From: Candidatus Bathyarchaeia archaeon
Lineage (GTDB): Archaea > Thermoproteota > Bathyarchaeia > Bathyarchaeales > DTEX01
Assembly: GCA_038817885.1 (NCBI GenBank)
Contig: JAWAZE010000004.1
Coordinates: 13,509-77,508, forward strand
Reading direction: 5' to 3'
DNA length: 64,000 bases
Under the pieces are notes generated by a model. It did not search any database, was not told the origin of the DNA, and saw nothing but the letters and a program-made list of their open reading frames with translations. Shown here piece by piece: positions 29,060 through 38,751 of the stretch. The position numbers were made by a program, and so were the translations under genes. The stretch's first letter is position 1. Each line of letters begins with the position of its first letter.

Positions 29060-29776
29060 CTGATAAGGTTTAAGTCTAAATCTGATAGGCTTCTGGTCGT
29101 TGATGAGGACCACATCGTTGTCTTTGATGATTTTAGAAATGTTAGGTTAGAGGATGTTGATCTAATTTTTGCTGATCCACCATTTGGAATAGAGTTCAGG
29201 GGTAACCTCGCCACATATCATAGGACGCCAGACGCCCTATCATATGTTGAGGTGCCTAAAGAAGAGTATCCCAAGTTTATTAGGGACCTTGCTGAATGGT
29301 GTTATAGGGCGCTTAAACCAAATGGAAGCATGTGGCTCCTCTCAGGCTGGAACAACCTGAGATACGTATTAGATGCTGTTGAGGATGTTGGCTTTATACA
29401 ATTAAATCATGTCATATGGAAGTACCAGTTTGGAGTATTTACTAAGAGGAGGCTTGTTACATCACATTATCATCTGCTTCTCCTCGTTAAGGACGTGAAT
29501 GATTACACCTTCAATAAGCCTGAGCACTATCCAGAAGATGTATGGATAATTAAGAGACCATACCATCGTGGCGCGGAGACGGCTGGGAATGAACTGCCGG
29601 ATGAGCTAGTGGAGAAGTGCATTAAGACGTCATCTAATCCAGGAGATCTGGTCGTAGATCCTGTTCTCGGCTCAGGGACGACGATGCGTGTATGCCTAAA
29701 ACTTAACAGAAAATGTTTGGGGATAGAAGTAAACCCACAGCTGGAGAAAAGAATAAGGGAGAAATTGAACGTGTGA
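29060..29776 (+). CDS. Orphan site-specific DNA methyltransferase (N6A/N4C, beta class); probable CTG start
   Basis: DLIFADPPF (motif IV) lies in frame upstream of the called ORF start; VVDPVLGSGTT (motif I); GGTGA precedes CTG at 29060. Confidence 0.85.
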   Translation: MIRFKSKSDRLLVVDEDHIVVFDDFRNVRLEDVDLIFADPPFGIEFRGNLATYHRTPDALSYVEVPKEEYPKFIRDLAEWCYRALKPNGSMWLLSGWNNLRYVLDAVEDVGFIQLNHVIWKYQFGVFTKRRLVTSHYHLLLLVKDVNDYTFNKPEHYPEDVWIIKRPYHRGAETAGNELPDELVEKCIKTSSNPGDLVVDPVLGSGTTMRVCLKLNRKCLGIEVNPQLEKRIREKLNV

Positions 29777-29872
29777 CTGAGGAGCCTAAAGACAACCCGG
29801 CAGGCTTGAAGGCTGAATGAAGAATCAAAAAGGGGCTCTAGCCAAAAGTTTACGGGGCCTATTACCTAGCGT

Positions 29873-30781
29873 TTATAGGCGTGATATTTTAAATCTTGGG
29901 TGCGTTGGGGGCGGTCTTTTTCCCTCCTCCATTAGGATCTGCGCGTATGCTGCGTTTATAAGGCTTATTGCTGGGAAGACATATTCTGCATCACTTAGTG
30001 GTCCATAAAGTATAAAGTCAGCTCCTATCGCCACCGGGAGCCCGTTAACTATCGAGGAGCACGAGATTTCTAGCATCTTATTCTTCTTCTCTTTCAAGGC
30101 TTTCCATGAGGCTATCGCGTTATGGGCTCCACATCCAGCCGGATAACCATACCGCTCCTTAACCTCAAATATGGCCTTGCATGCTAAACCCAATGTCGCG
30201 ATATCAAGGACTGTCGTGTCTATAAGAATCTTCTTTATACCCGCCTCCATAGCCCTGGGGATCATGGTTTCCAGAAGTTTAATCCTCTCTTTATAGGATA
30301 TTATTGCCTTTGCACTATACGTCAGTAGTATGGCAGAATCTATGCCAGTCTCCCTAATTTTATCATATATTTGTGTTTTAGTTTCAGGGTTTATCGAGTT
30401 TAAGATTGTTCTATTGGTTATGCCGATCTCTTTTGCAGTATCCATACCGCTCAGCGCAGCCCCTTCAGAAATATAGTCTATAAGTATTGGCATTTTTGTA
30501 GCGTCCGCGGCGAACTCAATGTATCTTCTCGCATTCTCCTGCGAAGAACACACCACATCAAGCATTGCCGGCAGCCCAGTTTTATCTGAAATATCCTCAA
30601 CCTCTTTGATTAGCGCCCGTGCAGCCTCGCTGTCAAAATCGCCCGTATCTTCATTCTTAACTATTTTGTCACCCCTATAGAAAATGCTTCCGATCATGAC
30701 AGTTGGGTTCATGCCGGGTTGGCCGCCGACCTTCACTCCACCTATCTCGAAAATTATCTGCTCCTTACTAAACCTAAACAT
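29873..30781 (-). CDS. mtrH: Tetrahydromethanopterin S-methyltransferase subunit H family protein
   Basis: MFRFSKEQIIFEIGGVKVGGQPG, GSIFY, YGYPAGCGAHN, ADFILYGP. Confidence 0.88.
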   Translation of the reverse strand: MFRFSKEQIIFEIGGVKVGGQPGMNPTVMIGSIFYRGDKIVKNEDTGDFDSEAARALIKEVEDISDKTGLPAMLDVVCSSQENARRYIEFAADATKMPILIDYISEGAALSGMDTAKEIGITNRTILNSINPETKTQIYDKIRETGIDSAILLTYSAKAIISYKERIKLLETMIPRAMEAGIKKILIDTTVLDIATLGLACKAIFEVKERYGYPAGCGAHNAIASWKALKEKKNKMLEISCSSIVNGLPVAIGADFILYGPLSDAEYVFPAISLINAAYAQILMEEGKRPPPTHPRFKISRL

Positions 30782-30852
30782 GCCCTATGCACCACATCGA
30801 TAAGTAAATCATTATATGCGCTAATATTTTTAGGTTTTATGGGAGTATTTTC

Positions 30853-31470
30853 ATGGAAAAGAGGGGCTTGTTAATTTGTATAGAGGGGCTTGATAAGAGC
30901 GGGAAGACAACCCAATCAAAGCTGCTTGTTGAGAATTTAAGGAGAATTGGTTTTAAGGCTTTTTATACATCTGAGCCGAGTGATGGTGAGATTGGCAAGT
31001 TTATAGAGCGGTATGTTCTTAGGAGGGATAGGCGTATACCGGTTCAAGCCGAGGCACTATTATTCGCCGCCGACAGGATTGATCATGTAGAAAGAAAGAT
31101 AAAGCCCCTACTTGATAGGGGAAATATAGTTGTGTCTGACAGATATATTTACTCCTCATTAGCCTATCAGGGAGCGGCGGGCCTAGATATTAAGTGGATT
31201 ATGGAAATAAATAAAATGGTGCCCAGGCCGGACGTGGCAATATATTTAGATGTTCCAGTTGAGGTTGTTATGGAGCGCATCCAAAAGAGGCGTAGAAGAT
31301 CTGTTATGGAGAGCTTAGAGGTGCAGCTTAAGGTTAGAGAGATATACCTAGAGCTCGTTAAGTGGGGGTTCCTTCTCCCGATTGATGGAAATAGACCGGT
31401 TATGGATGTCTCTCAAGATATTCAGAGAATAGTTTTGGAGAGACTTAGGTTAAAACACGCAAATATGTGA
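30853..31470 (+). CDS. tmk: Thymidylate kinase
   Basis: EGLDKSGKTTQ, LLFAADR, DRYIYSSLAYQG. Confidence 0.95.
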   Translation: MEKRGLLICIEGLDKSGKTTQSKLLVENLRRIGFKAFYTSEPSDGEIGKFIERYVLRRDRRIPVQAEALLFAADRIDHVERKIKPLLDRGNIVVSDRYIYSSLAYQGAAGLDIKWIMEINKMVPRPDVAIYLDVPVEVVMERIQKRRRRSVMESLEVQLKVREIYLELVKWGFLLPIDGNRPVMDVSQDIQRIVLERLRLKHANM

Positions 31471-31495
31471 TGCTTCCCTTTAAGAGGCGACGAGA

Positions 31496-32014
31496 TTAAA
31501 ATAAGCGCATATTATTTTCCTCTTTCGCTAATTTGAGGCGCATCCTCTTAACCAGAAACATTATCAGATCCTCAGCGGATATACGCTGTAGACCCCTCTC
31601 ATGGAAGGCCCGAATTTTGAGCTCATTATTATCAGCCAGGAATCTCAAAAAGAAGAAGTCAAATCGTAATGCTATTCGCTTATCGCCCCTCACCCTATAG
31701 TACCTTACTATACATAGAAGGTCCAGTACTCGCAGACCTCTCTCGCCAACTTTCCTCAAAAGAGCATTTAGTATATCTGCATCTAGGTAATTGAATACTA
31801 GTCCATCGGCGACACCAAACTCTAATATAGTCTCTACACCAGGTCCTATGAGCCTGGGTAAGTCATCCTCAACTTTACGCCCATTTAACCCGTACAACAT
31901 ATCCAGTATAATTCTTTGGAGGCTGATTAAAGGAACATTAATTTTTATATGGGCAGTGTAATGACTTCTCTCTGGAAAAATTTTATAGATCCCCAGCGTC
32001 TCTTCGGTTTTCAT
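31496..32014 (-). CDS. Hypothetical protein
   Basis: 172-aa ORF overlapping the upstream gene's stop; no recognisable family. Confidence 0.6.
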   Translation of the reverse strand: MKTEETLGIYKIFPERSHYTAHIKINVPLISLQRIILDMLYGLNGRKVEDDLPRLIGPGVETILEFGVADGLVFNYLDADILNALLRKVGERGLRVLDLLCIVRYYRVRGDKRIALRFDFFFLRFLADNNELKIRAFHERGLQRISAEDLIMFLVKRMRLKLAKEENNMRLF

Positions 32015-32382
32015 TGTTTTCTCTTCCCTATTCTTCTTATTCTCTCAAGATTTTCTAGCAGTATGTTCATTGTCATGCCTAGCTTCTGAATCTCCTCTAG
32101 ATCATCCTCAATCTTCAGTCTCTCATTTATCTCCCAGAGTTTTATCATGATTGTTCTCTCGGTCTGGCTTAGTGCGGCTAATGTCTCAACCTCTCTAGCT
32201 TCTTCATCCTCCTTAACTACAACAACTTTCTTCTGGCATTGGACACACCATAGCTCGCCGCTCTTAAGCTTAAATAATGGCGAGGAGCAGACCGGGCAAG
32301 ATAAATCTGTCAGTAGGGCACCGCTTTTAAGCATATCAGCCATTAACCGAACTTTATCATCGCCACCCGCTTCCCTAGACAC
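32011..32382 (-). CDS. UPF0148 / Sjogren's syndrome-scleroderma autoantigen 1 family Zn-ribbon protein
   Basis: MADMLKSGALLTDLSCPVCSSPLF...CVQC. Confidence 0.85.
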   Translation of the reverse strand: MSREAGGDDKVRLMADMLKSGALLTDLSCPVCSSPLFKLKSGELWCVQCQKKVVVVKEDEEAREVETLAALSQTERTIMIKLWEINERLKIEDDLEEIQKLGMTMNILLENLERIRRIGKRKQ

Positions 32383-32436
32383 AACAAACCACCAACGTTA
32401 CTGTATTAAGAGTATTTTAAGTTTAAAGTTTCTAAT

Positions 32437-32652
32437 TTACCTTTTCAACTTAACCTTAAGAATTTTAACGGTCTCAACAGCCTCACTTGCATCTTTAGCC
32501 CTCGCGAGTATCGCAATTTTATTAGGGCGAATCTGTATTTGATAGCCGCATCTCAAGCACTTAGCGGTCTTCTGACCCTCCTTCGCATATCTAATCGATT
32601 TACATTTTGGGCATGCAAATATTATGTAGTCGTCCAGAGGAAAAACCCCCAC
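32437..32652 (-). CDS. DUF1922-like Zn-ribbon protein
   Basis: CPKC...YAKEGQKTAKCLRCG. Confidence 0.7.
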   Translation of the reverse strand: MGVFPLDDYIIFACPKCKSIRYAKEGQKTAKCLRCGYQIQIRPNKIAILARAKDASEAVETVKILKVKLKR

Positions 32653-32811
32653 ATTATTAAAGCTTATCCACCAAGGATGTTACACCGATGATAACCTATA
32701 TAGTGCGAATTTTAATATTCTTGGTTAACAATATGTTCAGCTTAGCCCTAGTGAAGGCGTATCTCCCCTGAATGAGGAAGAAGACCACAAAGCTAGCAGC
32801 ATTCCATCACT

Positions 32812-33936
32812 TCATTTCTCTTTTAACTGCTTCAGGTAACAAAGGGTCTTCTCAACAGCCCTCTTATAGACTTTTATGCTAACCAGGTATTCTTGGATGC
32901 TTATGTACTCGTTATAGGTGTGGCTTAGGCTTGATTCTCCGGGACCATAGGTCGCAACAGGAACTTTTAAGCGCAATCCAAAAATGTTCATGTCGCCAGT
33001 CCCGGTTTTCCGGATAAGTCTCGCCTCCCCACCGGTTTCCTCAAATATAGCTTCCTTTAGAGATTTGATAACAATATTTCTTCTATCAGCAATGTACGGC
33101 TCAACGGCGCCAGTGACCTTAAGACTAACATCACAACTACTTTCATTCCTAAACTCCTTTATTACCTCATTAACAATCTCTATAGCCCTCTTAGAGGAAG
33201 TCGTTGGAGGCAATCTTAACTCGGCGCTCACGAAGCATATGTCTGGTATACTGTTCGTTGTGCCTCGACCATATATTTTTGTTAGGGCTGGTGTCAATGA
33301 GTAGAAGACGCCGTGCAGAGACCTATACTTGTCTTCACAGACCTTCTTAAGCCTAAGCCAGAATTTAATTCCCTCCTCAATGGCATTCGGCAGGAGGTGT
33401 TGAGCTCCTAAATGTCCAGTAGACGCCTTAAATGCTATTCTTAGTTTAATGTGCCCTTTGTAGGCAAAGGTTATGTTATTTATGCCGCTCGGCTCGCCGA
33501 AGATCGCGCAGTCGACATCGATCTTCTCTCTTAAGAGGCTTTTAACACCCTTTCCCCCTTTCTCCTCATCGACGACGCCAGCGACGATAACTCTTCCATT
33601 TAGGCTATCATCTTTTAGGAGGACTGCGGCGTTTATCATGGCTGCTAGGGAGGACTTGGCGTCAACGGCCCCCCTCCCATATATTCTTTCATCTTTAACT
33701 CTTACTGGAATCCTGCCTGGTACAGTATCTATGTGCCCGCAGAGTAAAATTTTTGGGCTGCCTGAACCAACTTCGCCGTAAACATTCCCAACCTTGTTCC
33801 GCCAGACCCTATTAAAGCCTATTCTTCCCATCTCATCAGCGAGGAAAGATGATATCTCGTCCTCAGAGCCGCTTGGGCTATATATTTCAAGCATCCTCTT
33901 CAAGAGGTTTACCGCGTAATCTCGGTCGATATTCAC
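32812..33936 (-). CDS. lysK: [LysW]-lysine/ornithine hydrolase (M20 family)
   Basis: YSPSG, CGHIDTVPG, GRGAVDAK, VDEE, GEPS, TGTGDMN, YGPG; operon context. Confidence 0.9.
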   Translation of the reverse strand: MNIDRDYAVNLLKRMLEIYSPSGSEDEISSFLADEMGRIGFNRVWRNKVGNVYGEVGSGSPKILLCGHIDTVPGRIPVRVKDERIYGRGAVDAKSSLAAMINAAVLLKDDSLNGRVIVAGVVDEEKGGKGVKSLLREKIDVDCAIFGEPSGINNITFAYKGHIKLRIAFKASTGHLGAQHLLPNAIEEGIKFWLRLKKVCEDKYRSLHGVFYSLTPALTKIYGRGTTNSIPDICFVSAELRLPPTTSSKRAIEIVNEVIKEFRNESSCDVSLKVTGAVEPYIADRRNIVIKSLKEAIFEETGGEARLIRKTGTGDMNIFGLRLKVPVATYGPGESSLSHTYNEYISIQEYLVSIKVYKRAVEKTLCYLKQLKEK

Positions 33937-35153
33937 TCCACCAACGCCCGCTGATTACCAATTATCTTTTTCTCTTCCTCAAAAATAATTTCTTTAAGAG
34001 TCTCTGCGACGGTCTTCAGCAGCTCTATGCTTATAACAAGGGGTGGGAGAAAGCGGATAACATTTCTACCTGAATAGAGTAATATTACTCCCCTCTCAAG
34101 GGCCCCCATCAAAATATTGTATATGTCTACCCTCGCCTCAAGACCCAGCATTAAGCCTAACCCTCTAACTTCTCTAAGGATCTTAGATTCCTCAACTAAG
34201 TCTTGGAGCATACCCTTAAACCTATTTCCTAAATCCCATGCCCGCTCAACCAGTCTCTCCTCAATTATAGCGTCTATCACTGCGGATGCCGCCGCACATG
34301 TGACTGGGTTCCCACCGAAGGTGCTTGTATGCTCGCCAACCTTAAGTGCATTCATGATTTCCTCCCTCGCTAAGGTTGCTCCTATTGGAAGTCCGCCGCC
34401 CATTGCCTTTGCGATGCACATTATGTCTGGGATAACCCCCCAGTGCTCAGAGGCCCACATTCGGCCTGTCCGACCGAACCCTGTTTGAACTTCATCGAAT
34501 ATTAGCACGGCACCCCTCTTATCGCAGATTTCTCTTAATCCCTCTAAGAACCCCTCTGGTGCAACGTGGACTCCTCCCTCCCCCTGAATTGGCTCAACGA
34601 TTATTGCGGCCGTATTTTCGGTGACTGCTTCTTCAACCTTATCTAGTCTTCCAAAAGGTACGAACTTAAAGTTTGGGTTTAGGATACTCTTGAAGGACTC
34701 ACGGTACTTTGTGTTCCATGTGGCCGATAATGCGCCGAGGGTTTTCCCATGAAAACCCCTAACCATACTTATTATCTCACTTTTGCCAGTGTATTTCACG
34801 GCGACCTTTATTGCGCATTCAACAGCCTCGGTGCCACTATTGCATAGAAAGACCTTATTTAAGCCTTTAGGCGCTATCTTTACGAGCTTCTCTAGGAGCT
34901 CTGCCCTCTTATCATTATATAATGAGCCGTGGCACGCTATGAGCTTCTCGCACTGCTCCTTTATTGCGGATACAACCTTTGGGTGGCAGTGCCCAATTAG
35001 GCTTACGCCGTATCCTCCCATGCAATCAATATATGCTCTGCCATCCACATCGTAGAGGATTGCGCCGCTCCCTTTAACAATACAGGCTGGATACTTCTGG
35101 TATACGTTTGCCAGAAAGAAATTTTCGGTGGCTATTATCTCCTCTCTATTCAG
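33933..35153 (-). CDS. lysJ: [LysW]-aminoadipate semialdehyde transaminase; probable CTG start at 35153
   Basis: NSGTEAVE, EPIQGEGG, DEVQTGFGRTG, AKAMGGG; conserved N-terminus (ANVYQKYP..IVKGSGA) continues in frame to a CTG. Confidence 0.9.
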   Translation of the reverse strand: MNREEIIATENFFLANVYQKYPACIVKGSGAILYDVDGRAYIDCMGGYGVSLIGHCHPKVVSAIKEQCEKLIACHGSLYNDKRAELLEKLVKIAPKGLNKVFLCNSGTEAVECAIKVAVKYTGKSEIISMVRGFHGKTLGALSATWNTKYRESFKSILNPNFKFVPFGRLDKVEEAVTENTAAIIVEPIQGEGGVHVAPEGFLEGLREICDKRGAVLIFDEVQTGFGRTGRMWASEHWGVIPDIMCIAKAMGGGLPIGATLAREEIMNALKVGEHTSTFGGNPVTCAAASAVIDAIIEERLVERAWDLGNRFKGMLQDLVEESKILREVRGLGLMLGLEARVDIYNILMGALERGVILLYSGRNVIRFLPPLVISIELLKTVAETLKEIIFEEEKKIIGNQRALVE

Positions 35154-35970
35154 CCGTTATCACCGTGCCATTTAATCCACTTAACGCTCTTGTTATTGGA
35201 TCCTCTACTAGACCGCAAGATATTATAGCTTCCTTAACCCCTGCCTCAATGGCTTCTATTAACGCTATAACCTTCATGTTCATGCCCGGGCCTATCTTGG
35301 GTAAAAGATCTTTGGCATCCTTTAAAGAAATCTTTCTTAAATACTCCCCACCAATCTTTATCCCCGGGACATCTGTTAGGAAGATTAATTTTTCCGCCTT
35401 TAATGCGCCCGCTATCTGCCCAGCAACCCTATCGCTATCAACATTAAGGTATTCGTTCTCCTCACCGATCGCTATTGGAGAGATAACTGGGACATACCCG
35501 CCCTCTAGGAGAATCTCAAGCACCCTCGGATTAACTCTAGAGATCCTTCCAGTAAAGCCTCCGTCAATAACCCTCTTCCTACCCCTCTCATCTACTACAA
35601 CGATCTTCTTCTTTCTATTAGCCAAAAGTAGTGATCCATCTATGCCGGAAAGGCCGACAGCCCTTATACCCGCTCCTATAAGCCACCTAACGATAGCCTT
35701 GTTTATTCTTCCAGCCATAACCATGGTATATATTTCAACGGTCTCCTCATCGGTATAGCGGCTTCTTATACCCTCCGGTGAAGTCACAAAAACCTGGCTC
35801 TTCCCTAGTTTCTCCGCTATCTCAGTAACTTCATCACCACCACCATGAACAATAACAATCTTCTCGCCATTCACCTCTATTATTCTCTTAATGTCGTTGG
35901 CCAGGTTCTCCCCCAGACTCATTCTAAAAATGTCCCCACCAACCTTTAGAACTATCATGCTGAGCACCAA
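35146..35970 (-). CDS. lysZ: [LysW]-aminoadipate/glutamate kinase
   Basis: LKVGG, VHGGG, SPEGIRSRYTD, NVDSD, LTDVPG. Confidence 0.92.
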   Translation of the reverse strand: MVLSMIVLKVGGDIFRMSLGENLANDIKRIIEVNGEKIVIVHGGGDEVTEIAEKLGKSQVFVTSPEGIRSRYTDEETVEIYTMVMAGRINKAIVRWLIGAGIRAVGLSGIDGSLLLANRKKKIVVVDERGRKRVIDGGFTGRISRVNPRVLEILLEGGYVPVISPIAIGEENEYLNVDSDRVAGQIAGALKAEKLIFLTDVPGIKIGGEYLRKISLKDAKDLLPKIGPGMNMKVIALIEAIEAGVKEAIISCGLVEDPITRALSGLNGTVITAE

Positions 35971-35991
35971 AATCGATTTGCCATGTGTGAG

Positions 35992-37044
35992 CTAGATTGG
36001 GTGGAGCGCCGAGTATCTTAGCCCCTCCCCCTCATCCCAGCCGCACATAATGTTCATGTCTTGGACAGCTGTTCCAGCAGCCCCCTTCATCAAATTATCT
36101 ATAGCCGAGAGGACGACAAGCCTATTCGCATGCTCATCTAACTCAAATCCTATATCACAGTAGTTTGAGCCGACAACTATTTTTGGATCGGGATATCTAT
36201 ATAGGCCCTTAACATCCCTGATAAATCTAATGAAGGGTTCGCCTGAATAAAACTCCCTATATATGCGCCAAACCTCCGTGGACAATATTGGCTCATTGAG
36301 GAAAGTGTGGCAGGTTGATAGTATTCCCCTGACCATGTTCACGGCGTGAGCGGACATTGAAATCACAACTTTCTCATTGCAAAGTAGGCTGAGCTCCTGC
36401 TCAATCTCAGCCGTATGTCTATGCCTAACAGGCTTATATGGCCTAACAATACTATAGTGCTCGGCGTGATGGGTTGATAGGGATGGCTTTACACCAGCTC
36501 CTGAGGAGCCAACCTTAAAATCTATAACAATTCTGTTCCTGTCAATCTTACCGGACTTAACCATTGGCGCTAAGGCCAGTATGCCGGCCGCAGCCATACA
36601 GCCTGGAACAGCCACTAGCTGAGCCCCCCTTACCTCCCCACGGTGGAGTTCAGGCAAACCATAGACAGACTTTTTCAGAAGCTCTGGATTTCCGTGGCTC
36701 CAACCATACCATTTTTCATAGTCCTTTGGGTCCTTGAGCCTAAAATCTGCGCTCAGATCAATCACTTTTATACCCACTTCAAGGAGACCCGGAACAATTT
36801 TTGACGAAACCCCATGGGGTGTCGCCATAAATAATATATCGCATAAATTAGTTGCTTTCTCCGGGTCAGACTTAATGAACTTTAACGTTGTCCGCCCTCT
36901 GAGGTTTGGATGCACTCGGTAAATATACTCGCCAGCATAAGTATTTGATGTGGCCGCGGTAACCTCAACCTTCGGGTGAAAGAGAAGTAGGCGTAAAAGC
37001 TCGCCGCCAACATAGCCTGAGGCCCCGAAGACCCCAACCCTCAC
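35992..37044 (-). CDS. lysY: [LysW]-aminoadipate/glutamate phosphate reductase (ArgC family)
   Basis: GASGYVGGEL, DLSADFRL, YGLPE, PGC, IDNLMKGAAG. Confidence 0.92.
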   Translation of the reverse strand: MRVGVFGASGYVGGELLRLLLFHPKVEVTAATSNTYAGEYIYRVHPNLRGRTTLKFIKSDPEKATNLCDILFMATPHGVSSKIVPGLLEVGIKVIDLSADFRLKDPKDYEKWYGWSHGNPELLKKSVYGLPELHRGEVRGAQLVAVPGCMAAAGILALAPMVKSGKIDRNRIVIDFKVGSSGAGVKPSLSTHHAEHYSIVRPYKPVRHRHTAEIEQELSLLCNEKVVISMSAHAVNMVRGILSTCHTFLNEPILSTEVWRIYREFYSGEPFIRFIRDVKGLYRYPDPKIVVGSNYCDIGFELDEHANRLVVLSAIDNLMKGAAGTAVQDMNIMCGWDEGEGLRYSALHPI

Positions 37045-37904
37045 CTCTTCATCACCTTAACGGCATACCCGATTATCTTTTCAGGAATATTAACTCCTGT
37101 GGCCGCATATAATCCCTTAAACTCGGGTGTGTTATTAACCTCGTGCACTACTAATCCATCAGGAGACTCCATACAATCTATGGCTAAGACTCCACCTCCA
37201 ACAGCCTCCGAGGACTTAAGGGCTAACTCTATTAGCTCGCTGGTGAGTGGGCATGGCTCAGTCTTAGCCCCGCGGGCGACATTTGTCCTCCAATCACCGT
37301 TCATTGAGTAGCGGTATGCCGCCGCAACGACCTCATCGCCAACTGTGAGGACCCGTATATCTCTAGGAGGCCTCTTAACATACTCTTGAAGATAATAAAT
37401 TTGTAGTAATGCATCATGCATCTCTTCACGGGCTTCTAGGAGGGCCTGCGCCGTATCCTTATCCTTAAGGAGGGCTATTAATCGGCCCCAGCTTCCAACA
37501 ACTGGCTTTAAAACTGCTGGGTAGCCTAACGAATCCAGCGCTTTTAAGGCGCTTTCATCCGTGAAGGCTATAAAGGTCTTAGGGACTGGTACATTAGCCT
37601 TTATGAGCGCTAACGTTGTAAATAACTTGTTTCCGCAGATTAAAGACACATTAAATGGGTTAATAACCTGTATTCCAGAGCTCTCGAGGAAGGCTGTTAT
37701 ATGCAGTCCTCTAAAATAGCTTATACAGCGCTGGAGAGCTAGATTCCCAAAATTATTTTTGGTCCTATCATGATCACTTAAAATATCTACATAGACGTCT
37801 TTTAAGTCAACCAGCTTTAAATCTAGCCCTAAGTTTCTTGAAGCATCTATCAGTACTTTCTCTTCCCACCTAATCCTATCGTAAATTAGGCTTATCTTGC
37901 TCAT
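37041..37904 (-). CDS. lysX: LysW ligase (RimK-type ATP-grasp)
   Basis: IRWEEK, KPVVGSWGR, RDIR, WRTNVARG, HEVNNTPEFKG. Confidence 0.93.
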   Translation of the reverse strand: MSKISLIYDRIRWEEKVLIDASRNLGLDLKLVDLKDVYVDILSDHDRTKNNFGNLALQRCISYFRGLHITAFLESSGIQVINPFNVSLICGNKLFTTLALIKANVPVPKTFIAFTDESALKALDSLGYPAVLKPVVGSWGRLIALLKDKDTAQALLEAREEMHDALLQIYYLQEYVKRPPRDIRVLTVGDEVVAAAYRYSMNGDWRTNVARGAKTEPCPLTSELIELALKSSEAVGGGVLAIDCMESPDGLVVHEVNNTPEFKGLYAATGVNIPEKIIGYAVKVMKR

Positions 37905-38094
37905 TTATTCGCCCCAATCCTCACTTTCGACCTCAGCTGGCTCTAGGCACAATATCCCCTTCTCATCAAACCTGACTTCGAGGTCTAAGCCGCAATCTGG
38001 GCAGCTGACTATTTCCCCCTCGAGGGCATCGTCTGGGACCTCTATTTCTGCATCGCACTCAGGACATTTCGCCTTGAAGGTTACCGCCCCCCAT
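37905..38094 (-). CDS. lysW: Amino-group carrier protein LysW (not in ORF track; one extra G in a run after the ATG)
   Basis: KCPECDAEIEV...GEIVSCPDCGLDLEV...ESEDWGE-stop; ATG at 38094 is 1 nt out of frame. Confidence 0.9.
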
Positions 38095-38237
38095 TCTCAC
38101 GCTTATAGGAGAAACACATTTTTCTTTATAAATCTTTCGGTTATCTTTCAAGAATCTTTAATAATAATTCCAAAAAATATTTTTTTGTAAATATTCATTT
38201 AAATATTAGTTAAGAATCTTTATTTAAGGGAGATTTT

Positions 38238-38690
38238 ATGGAGTCGGAGCTAGATGAGATTGATAAAGAGATAATTAAGATGCTGCAAGATGACGCGAGA
38301 ATATCATTTAGAAAAATAGCTGAGAAGCTGAATGTTAGTGAGGCAACAATCTTTGTTAGAGTTAAGAAGCTTATTGAAAGAAATGTTATAAAAAGGTTTA
38401 CGGCGATAGTTTCGCCGGAGTCCCTAGGCAAAAGGATAACAGCTTTCATATTAGTAAATGCTGATCCAAAGAAGACCCATAACGTCTTAGAGACTTTGAG
38501 CAAGATGGATGACGTTTATGAAGTTTATGATGTAACTGGCTCATACTATGCTATAGTTAAAGTTAGGACTGAGGACCAGAGTAAGCTCGCGAAGATAATT
38601 GACGAAATAGGTTTAATCGACGGGGTCATAAGTACTGAAACAGCTATCGTCTTAAGGAGTATAAAAGAGGAAAATCGAATAAAAATCTAA
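38238..38690 (+). CDS. Lrp/AsnC family regulator, divergent from the lys operon
   Basis: LDEIDKEIIKMLQDDARISFRKIAEKL, VYDVTGSY. Confidence 0.92.
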   Translation: MESELDEIDKEIIKMLQDDARISFRKIAEKLNVSEATIFVRVKKLIERNVIKRFTAIVSPESLGKRITAFILVNADPKKTHNVLETLSKMDDVYEVYDVTGSYYAIVKVRTEDQSKLAKIIDEIGLIDGVISTETAIVLRSIKEENRIKI

Positions 38691-38751
38691 AAATTCCGCT
38701 AATTTATCCCCGGAGACCAAACGCGCTAAAATCTTAAATAAATAAAATAAA

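Noticed and set aside
37897..38190. 97-aa plus-strand ORF
   Set aside because: Antisense shadow of lysW
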